A program made the translations under genes and the position numbers. Positions 54,483-64,000 of a stretch of DNA of 64,000 nt are shown piece by piece; position 1 is the first letter of the stretch, and every line of letters starts with the position of its first letter. The notes beneath the pieces were generated by a model. That model saw nothing but the letters and a program-made list of their open reading frames with translations. It did no database searches and was not told the DNA's origin. Origin of the DNA: an uncultured Woeseiaceae bacterium (GTDB lineage Bacteria; Pseudomonadota; Gammaproteobacteria; Steroidobacterales; Woeseiaceae); the NCBI GenBank assembly GCA_964607425.1, contig CAZSKQ010000001.1, forward strand, positions 27,784-91,783, read 5' to 3'.

Positions 54483-55568
54483 CTACATAAACAGAACGCT
54501 CCGGTACGGCCCGAGGTCTGCGGAGAAGGCAATGAAAAGCACTGTGCAATAGACCAACACGGCTGAATAGGCGAGCACCCTCTCTTCCCGCGGAGGAAAC
54601 AGTAACAGCACCGACGGAAGAATCACCGCCGCTGCCGAAATGCAGAATAGCTCGCGTATTCGGCTGTTTACCGTCGTATAGTCGATAAAAGCGATCATCG
54701 CAGCGCTTCCATAAACATACATCGGTATCAAATACCTGTTGTAGGGATTAACGGCGACCAGCCTGCGCTGCATAATGATGAGGAAGGACGACATCGCCAG
54801 GTGGAGCATCATCGTCCCGCCAAACAAGGCAATACCTTCCCCGAACCTGTCATCGAGGTACTTGACGAGCCGTGCCGTATCCCCCAGCCCGAGCAGCGAC
54901 GCTACGCTCGTCGCAACCAACGTACCGATCCCTCCAAGCGTGGCCAGTACCGTCGCTACGGACAAGGCTATAGTCATCAACAAACGGCTCGATACGTACC
55001 CGACCCAATACAGCGGCAATGCAGCAATGGCCGCTGTGTGGAATAGTGCGGCAAACACAATACCGACTACGAATTTGACCAGGTTTCGTTGTGCCACGAA
55101 TAATACACAGTACAGGACGATTCCTGACGCCAGCGCGTTCCGCGCCTGCGATAATTCCTTGAAAAAGTACTCGTTGGCAACATAGATGAGAAGCGAAAGA
55201 ACGGCGTACGGCGAAAGTTTCCGGAAGGCAGCGAACTTGATGCTGAGCGAAAGCAAGGCAACAGCAAAGACAAAGAACGGAAATGACCCAACGAGATTCT
55301 TCTCTGCAATGACAAGGAGCGCAAAGCCTGACTCGACCGGGGTAGCGGCTGAAATGCTATAGGTAAATAATCCGAGCTGAGACAGATTGTCGATATCGTT
55401 GTAGATTCGCAAATAGCTGAAATAGTCGGTCGAGGCGTATCGCAGTCCGACGACGCATACGAACATCAGGAACAGGACGGTATAGACCGCCCCGGCTGGC
55501 GCGCCCTTTTGCAAAGTAGCCAGCGACAGTAACGCCACCACGCCAAAAACCAGCCAGTACTCTATCAC
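54483..55568 (-). CDS. EpsG-family membrane protein (putative Wzy-type polymerase)
   Basis: 361 aa, about 10 TM segments. N-terminal DYFSYLRIYNDI motif typical of EpsG-like polymerases. GTG start overlapping the upstream stop. Confidence 0.65.
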   Translation of the reverse strand: MIEYWLVFGVVALLSLATLQKGAPAGAVYTVLFLMFVCVVGLRYASTDYFSYLRIYNDIDNLSQLGLFTYSISAATPVESGFALLVIAEKNLVGSFPFFVFAVALLSLSIKFAAFRKLSPYAVLSLLIYVANEYFFKELSQARNALASGIVLYCVLFVAQRNLVKFVVGIVFAALFHTAAIAALPLYWVGYVSSRLLMTIALSVATVLATLGGIGTLVATSVASLLGLGDTARLVKYLDDRFGEGIALFGGTMMLHLAMSSFLIIMQRRLVAVNPYNRYLIPMYVYGSAAMIAFIDYTTVNSRIRELFCISAAAVILPSVLLLFPPREERVLAYSAVLVYCTVLFIAFSADLGPYRSVLFM

Positions 55569-56641
55569 TGGAAAAGAACCTGTTCGTACCTGCGAATGAT
55601 GTCATCGGAGTTGAAGCGCCGGGATGTCTGCCTTATTTCCTCTTCATTCCAGTCTCGCGCCAAGGAATGCAGGATCATCGATTCCAGGTGTGCTTCATCG
55701 GGATACCGCGCGAGATAACCATTGATCCCTTCCTGGATGATCTCCGCGGGCCCGCTCTGGCAGTCAAAAGCAACTACGGGGGTGCCCAACGCAATTGATT
55801 CCAGCAACACGTTGGGGAAGCCCTCGAAGTGTGAAGTGAGCAGTGTCAGGCGCGCCCCAAGGAAATACCTTGCTACCTCCTGGCGAGCACCTTTGAAATC
55901 CACCCGGTCGGCAATGGAAAGATCAGCCGCCAGTTGCTGCAGCTCCGACCTCAGGACGCCTTCTCCCACGATCGTGAGCCTGAGGCCCGGCACCTTCGCC
56001 GAGATTCGCTGGAAAACCCGGATCGCCGTTGAAAAGTTCTTCTGCTGCTCCAGTTTCCCTATGCATAAAATATAATTTTCCCTGGGATAACGCGAGCGAC
56101 ACGCTTGCTCCGCATGTTTTTCGATGCGTTCACTTACCGGATTCGGTATCGTCGTGATCCGGCCAGGAGTTACCTTCAGGTACGCACCAAGATCCTCTGC
56201 CATCGCCTGTGACTGCGCGATGAATACATCCGACAACGGATAGAACCACCTGATCAGGTGCTTTGCAGCGAAACCGTGCCACACACCGCGTTTGCTCTTC
56301 TCCGCCTGCGACAGGAATATGATGTTGCGCGAGACGATTTTATATTTCATCCGTGTCAGCAGTCTTATGACTACCAGCACAACAGAGATCTGGCGGTTAA
56401 AGGACAGAATCAAGTCCGGCCTGCTCTTACCGATATACCGGAACAGCGCCCAGAAGGCATTTCGTGCATGCTCGCACCGCAGGTCACGCACAAGAATGCC
56501 CGGCTCCAGGCGGCCCCTGAGATCGTCGGCCGACGTCTTGAGTAATAATAGCTCAATGTTCTTGCCCTTCCGCGCCAGACCGTTTGCAAGAGTCACGCAC
56601 ACATTTTCCGCACCTCCCGTCCGAAGGGTATTTATGACCAT
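55565..56641 (-). CDS. Glycosyltransferase family 4
   Basis: Trimmed to MVINTLRTGGAENV (ATG 56641). C-terminal SHFEGFPNVLLESIALGTPVVAFD. Confidence 0.8.
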   Translation of the reverse strand: MVINTLRTGGAENVCVTLANGLARKGKNIELLLLKTSADDLRGRLEPGILVRDLRCEHARNAFWALFRYIGKSRPDLILSFNRQISVVLVVIRLLTRMKYKIVSRNIIFLSQAEKSKRGVWHGFAAKHLIRWFYPLSDVFIAQSQAMAEDLGAYLKVTPGRITTIPNPVSERIEKHAEQACRSRYPRENYILCIGKLEQQKNFSTAIRVFQRISAKVPGLRLTIVGEGVLRSELQQLAADLSIADRVDFKGARQEVARYFLGARLTLLTSHFEGFPNVLLESIALGTPVVAFDCQSGPAEIIQEGINGYLARYPDEAHLESMILHSLARDWNEEEIRQTSRRFNSDDIIRRYEQVLFQ

Positions 56642-56652
56642 CACGAGGTCCG

Positions 56653-58158
56653 TCACGCTCCGCGCTCCGACCAGCGTTGATAGGCCATGCCGTGCACCCA
56701 GGCCCCGTACTCGGCCACCGTATCCATCCAGGAACGCTTTCCGGCGGGTTCGGCCGCGGCAATTCGATGGATATCTATGCAATGTGAGAGCGACGCAAGC
56801 CATGCAATCTTCTCATCAATGCGAGTAGCTCTTTCCAGCGAGCTTCTGCTCCACCATCTCTTCCACATGTCCAGCGCACGGTCGTTGAACACCGCCATCT
56901 CGTGCAGGGAGCCACTATCGATCAGTTCGATGATGATGGAGCGGCAATCCTGCCTCAGCCAACGTCCATATTGATGGTTTAGCGAGGGATAGCTGTCTTC
57001 CGGGCTGACGTTCGCAGTATTGAAAGGTCTTCCTGTTCGTGCCCATGGCACAGTGAGCAAGTCTCCAGGCAACGATTGCAGAACAGCCCCGTATATTTCG
57101 TCGGTTCTGCCTGCAGGGGCGAGTCGCCACATCTCCCGGACGACTGGATACGCCGTAAACATCTGATATACGGGTATTTCGTCATCCAGCATATCGAAAC
57201 AGGCATTGAGCTGCCGACGCATGTAGTGCATTTGCAGCTCCTGCTCGCGGTACGCCATTTCCGTGGATCGTGGGTAAAGCCGCCGCGCCTTCAGCAGATC
57301 AGCCCGAATGCATCGGTGGGCTTCGCGCTGGACATCACGAAGCAGGAACGAAAAGTGATTGTGGTGCGTAGACAATAGCCGCCGCTGCCTGGAAACGGGA
57401 GCTCCCGAGTATTCTCCCCGGCCGATACTGTCCCCGTAGCTTCCCGCAAGCACACCGGATATGCCCTCCAACGAGGCTATATCCGGAATAGCATGAAGGT
57501 GAATCGGGGAAAACTCGGCGCCCAACTTTCCTGCCATGTAAATGTTGCGAGCCAACGTTTCAGCGTTGACCGGAAAATGAACGAAGTCCCATTTCAATCT
57601 CGCTGCTATCGTTCTCGCGTACCTTACGTCACGGCTCTCACCGATACCCCAGGACAAGGCGACGACATCGCCATCGAAGTCTCCCCGCAATTGCGCAAGG
57701 CGCACGACTCCGGCGACTATTCTGCTGTCCATCCCCCCGCTCAGGAGAACGCCTATCGTTGACTTCCCGGAAATGAACTCCAGAGCCTCTGCGTAAAGCA
57801 ATTCGAGCAGCCGCTCGGCCACCCGCGATACGGCCGGAACGCTTTCCATCCCATGCCCCGGCACAGGAGCGTACTCCCAGCCGTCGTCCTGGCCAGGCCG
57901 AGCCATCCATGGTGTCCGCTTTACCGCCGCAATCATGGTTCGATCGGCGATCGGGTAGCTCTTCATCAACACGCCCAGTACCGCCGCGGGATCCAGGCGC
58001 CGCTCCACGTCCGGTCGCGCACCCAGAGCAGCCGACAAGCTGCGAAAACATCGATTCGACTGCCCCTTCACGCAGAAGTACGCCCGTCCCCCGATGTGGT
58101 TCCAGTACCGAAACAGGTTCTCGTCCTTCCCGGTCGTTCTATGTTCCATCGCGTGCAA
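56653..58158 (-). CDS. Asparagine synthase-like ATP pyrophosphatase lacking the N-terminal catalytic Cys
   Basis: 501 aa. PP-loop IGVLLSGGMDSRIV. The N-terminus is MHAMEHRTTG rather than MCG. Confidence 0.7.
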   Translation of the reverse strand: MHAMEHRTTGKDENLFRYWNHIGGRAYFCVKGQSNRCFRSLSAALGARPDVERRLDPAAVLGVLMKSYPIADRTMIAAVKRTPWMARPGQDDGWEYAPVPGHGMESVPAVSRVAERLLELLYAEALEFISGKSTIGVLLSGGMDSRIVAGVVRLAQLRGDFDGDVVALSWGIGESRDVRYARTIAARLKWDFVHFPVNAETLARNIYMAGKLGAEFSPIHLHAIPDIASLEGISGVLAGSYGDSIGRGEYSGAPVSRQRRLLSTHHNHFSFLLRDVQREAHRCIRADLLKARRLYPRSTEMAYREQELQMHYMRRQLNACFDMLDDEIPVYQMFTAYPVVREMWRLAPAGRTDEIYGAVLQSLPGDLLTVPWARTGRPFNTANVSPEDSYPSLNHQYGRWLRQDCRSIIIELIDSGSLHEMAVFNDRALDMWKRWWSRSSLERATRIDEKIAWLASLSHCIDIHRIAAAEPAGKRSWMDTVAEYGAWVHGMAYQRWSERGA

Positions 58159-58161
58159 GTT

Positions 58162-59208
58162 CTAACCCGCGGTCTCCGGCAAGCCCAAGGCGCGCAGGAA
58201 ATCCTCTACCATGAAATACTCCGGTATGAACTGCTGCGAATGCCAGGCAAGGCTGCTGTCCCAATAGCCCGGGCATGGGCGGTACGCCTTCGAATCGAAA
58301 GAATAACTGAGCTCGACAATCAGCGGGCGATCGTTTTCGAGCACGAAATCGAAGGCGATGCATTGCGTACCGAGCTTCTTCGCCCACTCGAACGCGGTCC
58401 TGACGCATGACTCCGGTATCTCTTCCGGGTCATAAACAATTATGCCGCTTCCCGACGCCCGGAAGTCGTCCCTCCGTACCATTCTCTTTATTGCGAATGC
58501 CCGCTCTCCGATCACGATTACACGGATATCGCAATTGTTGTTCGGGATGAAATCCTGGAAATAGATATAGCCCTTTTCCCGTTGTCCATGCCGTTCTGTA
58601 GCCGTGGGAACTACCAGGCGTGCAATGCCTTTTCCAACGCCCAGCGCACCTCCCCCGATGCCGTCCCTTCTGAACCTCCAGAGATGCTCTTTGAAGATTG
58701 CGTATCGCGATGTTGGCGAAAATCCCCGGCCGAAAGCCGTATCGATGAGCTTTTGCGCGTGATCGGCATCCCTGACCAACCGCACGTTCTGCGATCCGGC
58801 ACCGACCCGGGTCTTGAAGACTTTTGGAAACTCGGTCTGTTGCACCCAATGACGCGCCCTGTCGCGATCATAAAAGACATGCGACTGCACAACGGGTGCA
58901 CCCAAGGCCTCCAGAAGATATTTCTGCCCGACTTTGTCGTCGTAATGCCAGCTCGTCCTGCTGTCGGGGAAAACAAGGGTCCTGGCGCACTCTAGCGATA
59001 GAATCAGTTGCCTGGCGAAGAGTTTCGCCCGATGATCGTAGTGTGCCCAATGCCACATTAACCCACGGCTTCCCTCGACCTGGTCCATGATATTGGAGGC
59101 ATAGCAGTCCACCTTCCTGACCTGCACGTTCCGCTCGTCGCAGAAGCGAAGCCACGCGTCGCTGAAACTGCCCGCCCTGACATGGATGGCAAGCAATGGC
59201 TTTGCCAC
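58162..59208 (-). CDS. ATP-grasp domain protein
   Basis: 348 aa. KTRVGAGSQNVRLV, YIYFQDFIPNNNCDIRVIVIG, AFDFV. RimK/carboxylate-amine ligase pattern. GTG start overlapping the upstream TAG by 1 nt. Confidence 0.65.
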   Translation of the reverse strand: MAKPLLAIHVRAGSFSDAWLRFCDERNVQVRKVDCYASNIMDQVEGSRGLMWHWAHYDHRAKLFARQLILSLECARTLVFPDSRTSWHYDDKVGQKYLLEALGAPVVQSHVFYDRDRARHWVQQTEFPKVFKTRVGAGSQNVRLVRDADHAQKLIDTAFGRGFSPTSRYAIFKEHLWRFRRDGIGGGALGVGKGIARLVVPTATERHGQREKGYIYFQDFIPNNNCDIRVIVIGERAFAIKRMVRRDDFRASGSGIIVYDPEEIPESCVRTAFEWAKKLGTQCIAFDFVLENDRPLIVELSYSFDSKAYRPCPGYWDSSLAWHSQQFIPEYFMVEDFLRALGLPETAG

Positions 59209-60401
59209 TATCGATTTCCTCCTTGAGCCAGCGTTTCGTACAGCAGCTGGTAGTCGTTCGCCATTCGTTCCGCACTCAGGTGCTCCACAGCAATCCTCCG
59301 GGAAGCCTCGCTCCTCGTCTTGCGAGTCGACTCCTGCATCGCATCCAAGCCCCGCAGAAAATCGTTACAATCGCCGGACTTGAACAGAACCCCGGCACGC
59401 GTATCGAACTCCAGTATCTCCCGGTGTGGGGGAATATCGGAAAGAACGACGGGAAGACCGCAGGCCATGCCCTCGAGGACCGCATTCGGAAGTCCTTCCG
59501 ACTTGGAGGCCGATACGAAATAGTCGCTGGCTTTGAGATATGCTGCTACGTCGTTGACATGACCAGTCAACTTCAGGTTGACACACCCCATTGCCTCTTC
59601 CTTACAACGCTCGAACAGTGGTCCCGCACCCGCGAAGACCAACACGTGCGCCGAGTTCCCTGGCCTTTGCAAGAACTTCTTGAACGACTCTATTATAAAC
59701 AGGGAGTTCTTGTTGGCATTCAAATGCCCGGTGACAATCCATACCACCGACTCACCCGCAATTCCCAGTTGGGTACGCAACTGCGCCTTCTGCCGTTCAT
59801 CGACGGGCGCGAACCTCTCGGCATCCACGCCGTTGTGGACAATCGAAACGTTGCCGACTGCAAGCTCGCTCCTCAGGTTGGCGGCGACGGCCTGCGAAAC
59901 AGCAACGCACAGGTCAAGCCGCCTGAAGGCGGCCTTGTGCAGGGTATACAGGAGCTTTCCGGGACCGGCACCGAAGGTGGCTGGATAGTCAACCTGCGGA
60001 AAGTTTCGTACTGTACATAGTCTTGTCGCCGGGCTTTTGATCTGTGAGTTGAGCTTGTCGGCCCTGAAGCCCTGTGAATGGATAACGTTTGGCTGTAGAT
60101 CGTCAACAAGCTTTTGCAGGCGCTGGACACCAAGGAACATGCTGGCCACCCGCGAGAGCTTCATTGATTGCATGCGAATCTTGAGCGTCTTGAAGCTCTC
60201 CCAGAGACTGTCATTCGACTCTGGAGAAAGGGAGACCAGGTGAACGATGACCGATTTCCGATCGAGGTGTCTTATCAGGTTGTACAGTTGGACTGTTGGT
60301 CCGGTCCGACGCAATGAAGTGACGACGTAGAGCACCGTCACCTCATGCGTTAACGGCAGGTCACGCCGACCCGAGTCGTCCGCAAGGGCGCGTTCGTTCA
60401 T
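59208..60401 (-). CDS. Glycosyltransferase family 4
   Basis: Trimmed to MNERAL (ATG 60401, ATGA overlap with the Wzx stop). SKSEGLPNAVLEGMACGLPVVLSD. Confidence 0.8.
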   Translation of the reverse strand: MNERALADDSGRRDLPLTHEVTVLYVVTSLRRTGPTVQLYNLIRHLDRKSVIVHLVSLSPESNDSLWESFKTLKIRMQSMKLSRVASMFLGVQRLQKLVDDLQPNVIHSQGFRADKLNSQIKSPATRLCTVRNFPQVDYPATFGAGPGKLLYTLHKAAFRRLDLCVAVSQAVAANLRSELAVGNVSIVHNGVDAERFAPVDERQKAQLRTQLGIAGESVVWIVTGHLNANKNSLFIIESFKKFLQRPGNSAHVLVFAGAGPLFERCKEEAMGCVNLKLTGHVNDVAAYLKASDYFVSASKSEGLPNAVLEGMACGLPVVLSDIPPHREILEFDTRAGVLFKSGDCNDFLRGLDAMQESTRKTRSEASRRIAVEHLSAERMANDYQLLYETLAQGGNR

Positions 60402-61753
60402 GTTCCTGGCGATCCGTCGTTGATTTTCCCCGGACCGGATTTGAGCAGCACATAAGCTATCAATGCGAGGTTCAAAACAGCTCCCGCACCCGAGAAGACG
60501 GCAATCACGCTTACCGGATCCTTCAATATTGCAAAACCTGCCATCAATGTACCTAATTTCAGAACTGCACTGCCCACTTCGTAAACCAGGAATCCTGCAT
60601 TCAGATTCAGTACGGCCACCGCACTGACGCTGGGTCGATTCAGGAAGGCGAAGAAATACCAGATTGCAACCCAGCGGGCATAGTGGCCGGCGGTGGACCA
60701 TTCCGAACCGAATACCAGGTCAAACAGGAACGGACCGAAAACGACGACAACTGAAAAAGGCAGGATACCAACTGCGGCCAACGCCACCGTGGTACGAACC
60801 AGGTATTTTCTCAGGTCCGCTTTCTCCCGGGCCGCCTGCACGAAGCGCGGGTAAAACGCGTCGGTCAAGGCCCTGCCAATCAGTTGCAGCGGCGCCCCCA
60901 GGGCCGTCTTTGCGATAGCGTAGAACGCCGCGGCCGAGGCACCGAAATACGATCCGAGCAGAATGACGGGAATCCCCTGCGACAAAGCGTTCAACAAAGC
61001 TTGCGGGGCGCGATAGACCGGAAACTCACTGTAGTCGGCCGCCAGCCGGCGAACCCTGTTCATCTCCAGAGGTTTCGATCCATGTTCCGCCCGCAGGCCC
61101 CGGAAGTCCCCGCGGGCGGCAAACCGCATCATCGAACCGTGCAGAATCGTGCCCAGGAAGGTGATAAAAATCAGCACCGCGCCTATTGGATACCACCAGC
61201 CCGTGACTACCTTGGCGCTATTGACCGCCAGTGACTGCAGTACCGCAATCCTCGCGGTAATGCGGAACATCGACTTCCGAATCATCCAGTACTGCAGTGC
61301 CTGCAACCAGGCCGCCGGCGGTATCAGCAGCGGCAACAGGTACAGGTAGGTATTCGACAAGCCGGGAATCAGGTTGGAAGAAGCCGTCTGTTCGACGATC
61401 AGGATTGCCAGGGCGAGCAAAACACTCGTGGTGACAGCCACCCCGACAGCCAGCTTGCCGATGCCCCTGGCATCAGCATCGGACGACGGCAGGACCATCG
61501 CCAGCGGATAGGACAGGCCGGCAACCGGAATCAGAACCTGCGCGATCGCCATGAAAGTTGAATAGATACCGAACTGTTCGGGATCGTATATCCGGGTAAT
61601 CACTGGCGAGAAGGCCAGCGCTATTGCCTGGGCGATTGCGGACCCCGTGACCAGCGTCGCGACGTCCCGAGCGAACCGGCTGTCGACGGCTCGTCGAAGC
61701 TGTCTTTTCAGCGGATGCCCGACTTTCGCTGCCACGCTTCGCAAGCTGATCAC
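60398..61753 (-). CDS. Polysaccharide flippase (Wzx/MOP superfamily)
   Basis: 451 aa, about 12 TM segments. N-terminal FARDVATLVTGSAIAQAIALAFSPVITRIY. Confidence 0.8.
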   Translation of the reverse strand: MISLRSVAAKVGHPLKRQLRRAVDSRFARDVATLVTGSAIAQAIALAFSPVITRIYDPEQFGIYSTFMAIAQVLIPVAGLSYPLAMVLPSSDADARGIGKLAVGVAVTTSVLLALAILIVEQTASSNLIPGLSNTYLYLLPLLIPPAAWLQALQYWMIRKSMFRITARIAVLQSLAVNSAKVVTGWWYPIGAVLIFITFLGTILHGSMMRFAARGDFRGLRAEHGSKPLEMNRVRRLAADYSEFPVYRAPQALLNALSQGIPVILLGSYFGASAAAFYAIAKTALGAPLQLIGRALTDAFYPRFVQAAREKADLRKYLVRTTVALAAVGILPFSVVVVFGPFLFDLVFGSEWSTAGHYARWVAIWYFFAFLNRPSVSAVAVLNLNAGFLVYEVGSAVLKLGTLMAGFAILKDPVSVIAVFSGAGAVLNLALIAYVLLKSGPGKINDGSPGT

Positions 61754-61931
61754 ATCCGACTACCGCTACTCGCCCGCGAGTGTGTCATGGCGGCTAACGC
61801 GGCAACAGTACCGCGGGAATCGGACTTTGATGTAAGCCGAATCATCGATTTTCCTTCGACGAGCATACCGGCTTGCGTGCTCCGTTCGAAGTCACCGACG
61901 TTTCTGACCGGCGCGGCGGCAACCTGGGTGT

Positions 61932-62831
61932 TCAGTGTTTGGCGGGCACGAGCGTAGACCTGGCCTCGGGCCGGCTTCTGCGAAGTGTCTCGCGGAACAG
62001 CGCTGCCAGGACACCCACCGCTCCGCCAACAACAACCGCAATAATCACAATCAAAGTCCGGCGCGGCCGCTGCCGCTCTACAGGCACCTGTGCCTGGTCA
62101 ATGACGCGAAATACGAACTCCTCGTTACCTCGCGCCAGCATCAGCTTCTGCAGTTCACCCTCCAGCAATCGGCTGATGGATTGCTGGATGGAGAGGACAT
62201 TGGCTTGAGTCAGCTCCTCACGCAAGAACGCGACATTGGCCTGAGCTTCCGCCAGCGCCCGGGATCGCATGTGATTATTCAGCCGGGTCGCCAGCAAGTT
62301 TGCCCATTCCGCGGCAAGCTCCGGTTGAATCCAGTCGATTGTCAAGGTAACCAGGCCAGTCGCGTCATCCTGTTCCACCCGTTGAACATTCTCCCTGAAG
62401 TACTTCACTGCTTCGCGAATATCCGGTCTCTCAGCCGCCGGATCCGCCGCCCTGGCCGCTTCGCCCCAGTCATCCGGAAACAAAGTGCTCATCAGTTGTT
62501 CTTCCTCAATGAACGACCGTATAAAGTCCCGTGACTGGAGGATCGCGATCGCCTCCGCGGTCTGGTCGTTTTGCGGGAGGGCGACTCCGGCGAGAGTTGC
62601 GAGGCTACCAAGCTGACCGGCAAGCGACTGTCCTGCCCCGTCCATAGCCGGCGACAGCAAGGTGTCGGACCGGTACCATTCGGTTGCGGTGAGCGCGTAC
62701 GCTATCGACCCCACCGCGAACACCAATGTGACAGAAATAACAATCCACTTGTTCGTCCATAGCGAACGAAAAATCTCTACAAGGTCGATCTCATGATCGG
62801 GCGTTGCCGCGGGATCGCGAATCATGGGCAT
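61932..62831 (-). CDS. Wzz-type chain-length determinant (PCP-1-like, no kinase domain)
   Basis: 299 aa. IDLVEIFRSLW..KW.I, TM1, coiled periplasmic region, C-terminal TM RRTLIVIIAVVVGGAVGVLAALF. Confidence 0.8.
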   Translation of the reverse strand: MPMIRDPAATPDHEIDLVEIFRSLWTNKWIVISVTLVFAVGSIAYALTATEWYRSDTLLSPAMDGAGQSLAGQLGSLATLAGVALPQNDQTAEAIAILQSRDFIRSFIEEEQLMSTLFPDDWGEAARAADPAAERPDIREAVKYFRENVQRVEQDDATGLVTLTIDWIQPELAAEWANLLATRLNNHMRSRALAEAQANVAFLREELTQANVLSIQQSISRLLEGELQKLMLARGNEEFVFRVIDQAQVPVERQRPRRTLIVIIAVVVGGAVGVLAALFRETLRRSRPEARSTLVPAKH

Positions 62832-62993
62832 AGCACCCGGGCCGGAATGGACGACGCAACGTCACAAAAGTAGTGCACACCCTTGCAAGGGTCGAGATCG
62901 ACCTCTGGAAGCAAGTAGACCCGCCTCCAGGATCCTTCAGGATTGTGAAGTGTCACAGTCAACATGGCCCAGGCTGATTCTTCGCACGAACTC

Positions 62994-64000
62994 CTAGTTG
63001 TTGAAGGTTCGAATTGCAGCCACAGCTATGGCGGTCTGGTAGAAGATCTGCGACACATTCGTCCAGAACGTCAGCGGCCGCACTCGATCGGTTTCCAGGG
63101 GCACGACGATGGTATCGCCCGGACGAATCTCGATACCGTCGCCGCGGTGGAACCAACTGGAGCGATTGCCGGACACCACGGACCCGCTTGCCCGAACGAC
63201 ATAGATAAGGTCTTCATCGGCTCTGCGCGTCAGTCCGCCGCTGCGAGCAATGTAGTCATCGCGCTGCAGTTCGGGAAGATACAGATGCGATGCGGGATAC
63301 TGCGCCTCTCCGAGGACCGTTACGCTTTGCGACCGCCCCGGAACCAGCAGCCGATCGCCATTTTTGAGTTCCAGGTCACTGGCGTTACGCTCGGCCGCGC
63401 TGCCGCCCAACAATCGCTCCAGGTCGATTACCAGTCGGCCGACCGGTTCGGTCGCGCGAAGCTGCTGCAGGAAAGACTGACCGATGCTCATTGCTTCCGA
63501 GCCGGTGGTGTCCAGGTTCTGGAGCGACATTGACACGAGGTCCGCTTCCAGCCTGTTCGCCAGCACTTCGATTTGTTCCTGCTCCCGCTGCTTCAAATCT
63601 TCGCGGAGGAAGATAGCTCCCTCCGAGAACGCCTCTTTCGTCAGGCCACCGGCGCGCTCCATCAAGTGGCTGAGCGTTTCACCGCGCAGGATCTGATACT
63701 CGCCCGGGAACCGCACCTCGCCTTCGATGGTTACCGACCAATCCGAATTCCAGTCCGGAATCGGGCTGATATTCAGGTGATCGTAGGGTTCCAGGAGCAG
63801 GTCGGCTTCGGGATCCCCTTCCAATACGGCCTGCAGATCCACCAGGATGACGCGCTTGTTGCGGTTTTGCCCGTCCATGACCGTCAGGCGTGTCAGCTCG
63901 GCCTCTTGCGTATACGCGCCTTCCGCGAGCTTGCCCCCCGCGCGCAGCAGGTCGCTGATCCTCATGCCTTCGTCCAGCGGATAAGAGCCGGGAGCTCGAA
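62994..64000 (-). CDS. Polysaccharide export protein with repeated SLBB domains (Wza/KpsD-like), 5' end outside the window
   Basis: The frame stays open upstream of the track Met (…RAPGSYPLDEGMRISDLL). Repeated GD.I.VP / AGGLT SLBB signatures. C-terminal amphipathic tail. Confidence 0.8.
   Translation of the reverse strand, partial: RAPGSYPLDEGMRISDLLRAGGKLAEGAYTQEAELTRLTVMDGQNRNKRVILVDLQAVLEGDPEADLLLEPYDHLNISPIPDWNSDWSVTIEGEVRFPGEYQILRGETLSHLMERAGGLTKEAFSEGAIFLREDLKQREQEQIEVLANRLEADLVSMSLQNLDTTGSEAMSIGQSFLQQLRATEPVGRLVIDLERLLGGSAAERNASDLELKNGDRLLVPGRSQSVTVLGEAQYPASHLYLPELQRDDYIARSGGLTRRADEDLIYVVRASGSVVSGNRSSWFHRGDGIEIRPGDTIVVPLETDRVRPLTFWTNVSQIFYQTAIAVAAIRTFNN

Overview
High-GC proteobacterial chromosome segment (hand-counted 60-nt samples give about 65-70 % GC on the left). 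It is almost entirely polysaccharide biosynthesis, and nearly all genes are on the minus strand and tightly coupled. Layout: (1) 1-6.9 kb holds a hybrid NRPS-PKS: stand-alone A-PCP, then KS-AT-ACP-aminotransferase, then the start of a condensation-domain gene that runs off the left edge. (2) 7.4-17.1 kb holds a heparinase II/III-like gene, a Cys-type alpha/beta hydrolase, a fused C*-A-PCP-hydrolase, a polysaccharide deacetylase and two GT4 glycosyltransferases. (3) 17.3-21.0 kb holds two paralogous beta-helix (pectate-lyase-like) lipoprotein genes. Their about 360-nt leader carries a perfect sigma-54 promoter and what I read as a c-di-GMP-I (GEMM-I) riboswitch. (4) 21.8-24.9 kb holds asnB-type amidotransferase plus a GT4 on the plus strand. 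(5) 25.0-38.5 kb is an 11-gene export/polymerisation operon: OPX export, chain-length determinant, BY-kinase ATPase, OM beta-barrel, priming sugar transferase, GT26, O-antigen-ligase-like protein, sulfotransferase, flippase, an unknown, and a beta-helix protein. Its content resembles PEP-CTERM/exosortase-A type EPS loci. (6) 38.8-42.0 kb holds a deacetylase-like gene and a PrsK-like histidine kinase. (7) 42.1-50.1 kb holds the nucleotide-sugar genes manB, manC, ugd, wecB and a CapD/WbpM-like dehydratase, separated by a REP-like palindromic repeat family; one REP doublet sits in-frame inside manB. (8) 50.2-64.0 kb is a second, lower-GC Wzx/Wzy-type cluster running off the right edge: WecA/WbpL-like transferase, epimerase, GT2, sulfotransferase, EpsG-like polymerase, GT4s, AsnB-like, ATP-grasp, Wzx, Wzz and a Wza/SLBB export protein. 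I saw no rRNA, tRNA, CRISPR array, intact transposase, exosortase or PEP-CTERM substrate. Many long plus-strand ORFs in the track are antisense artefacts of the high GC content.
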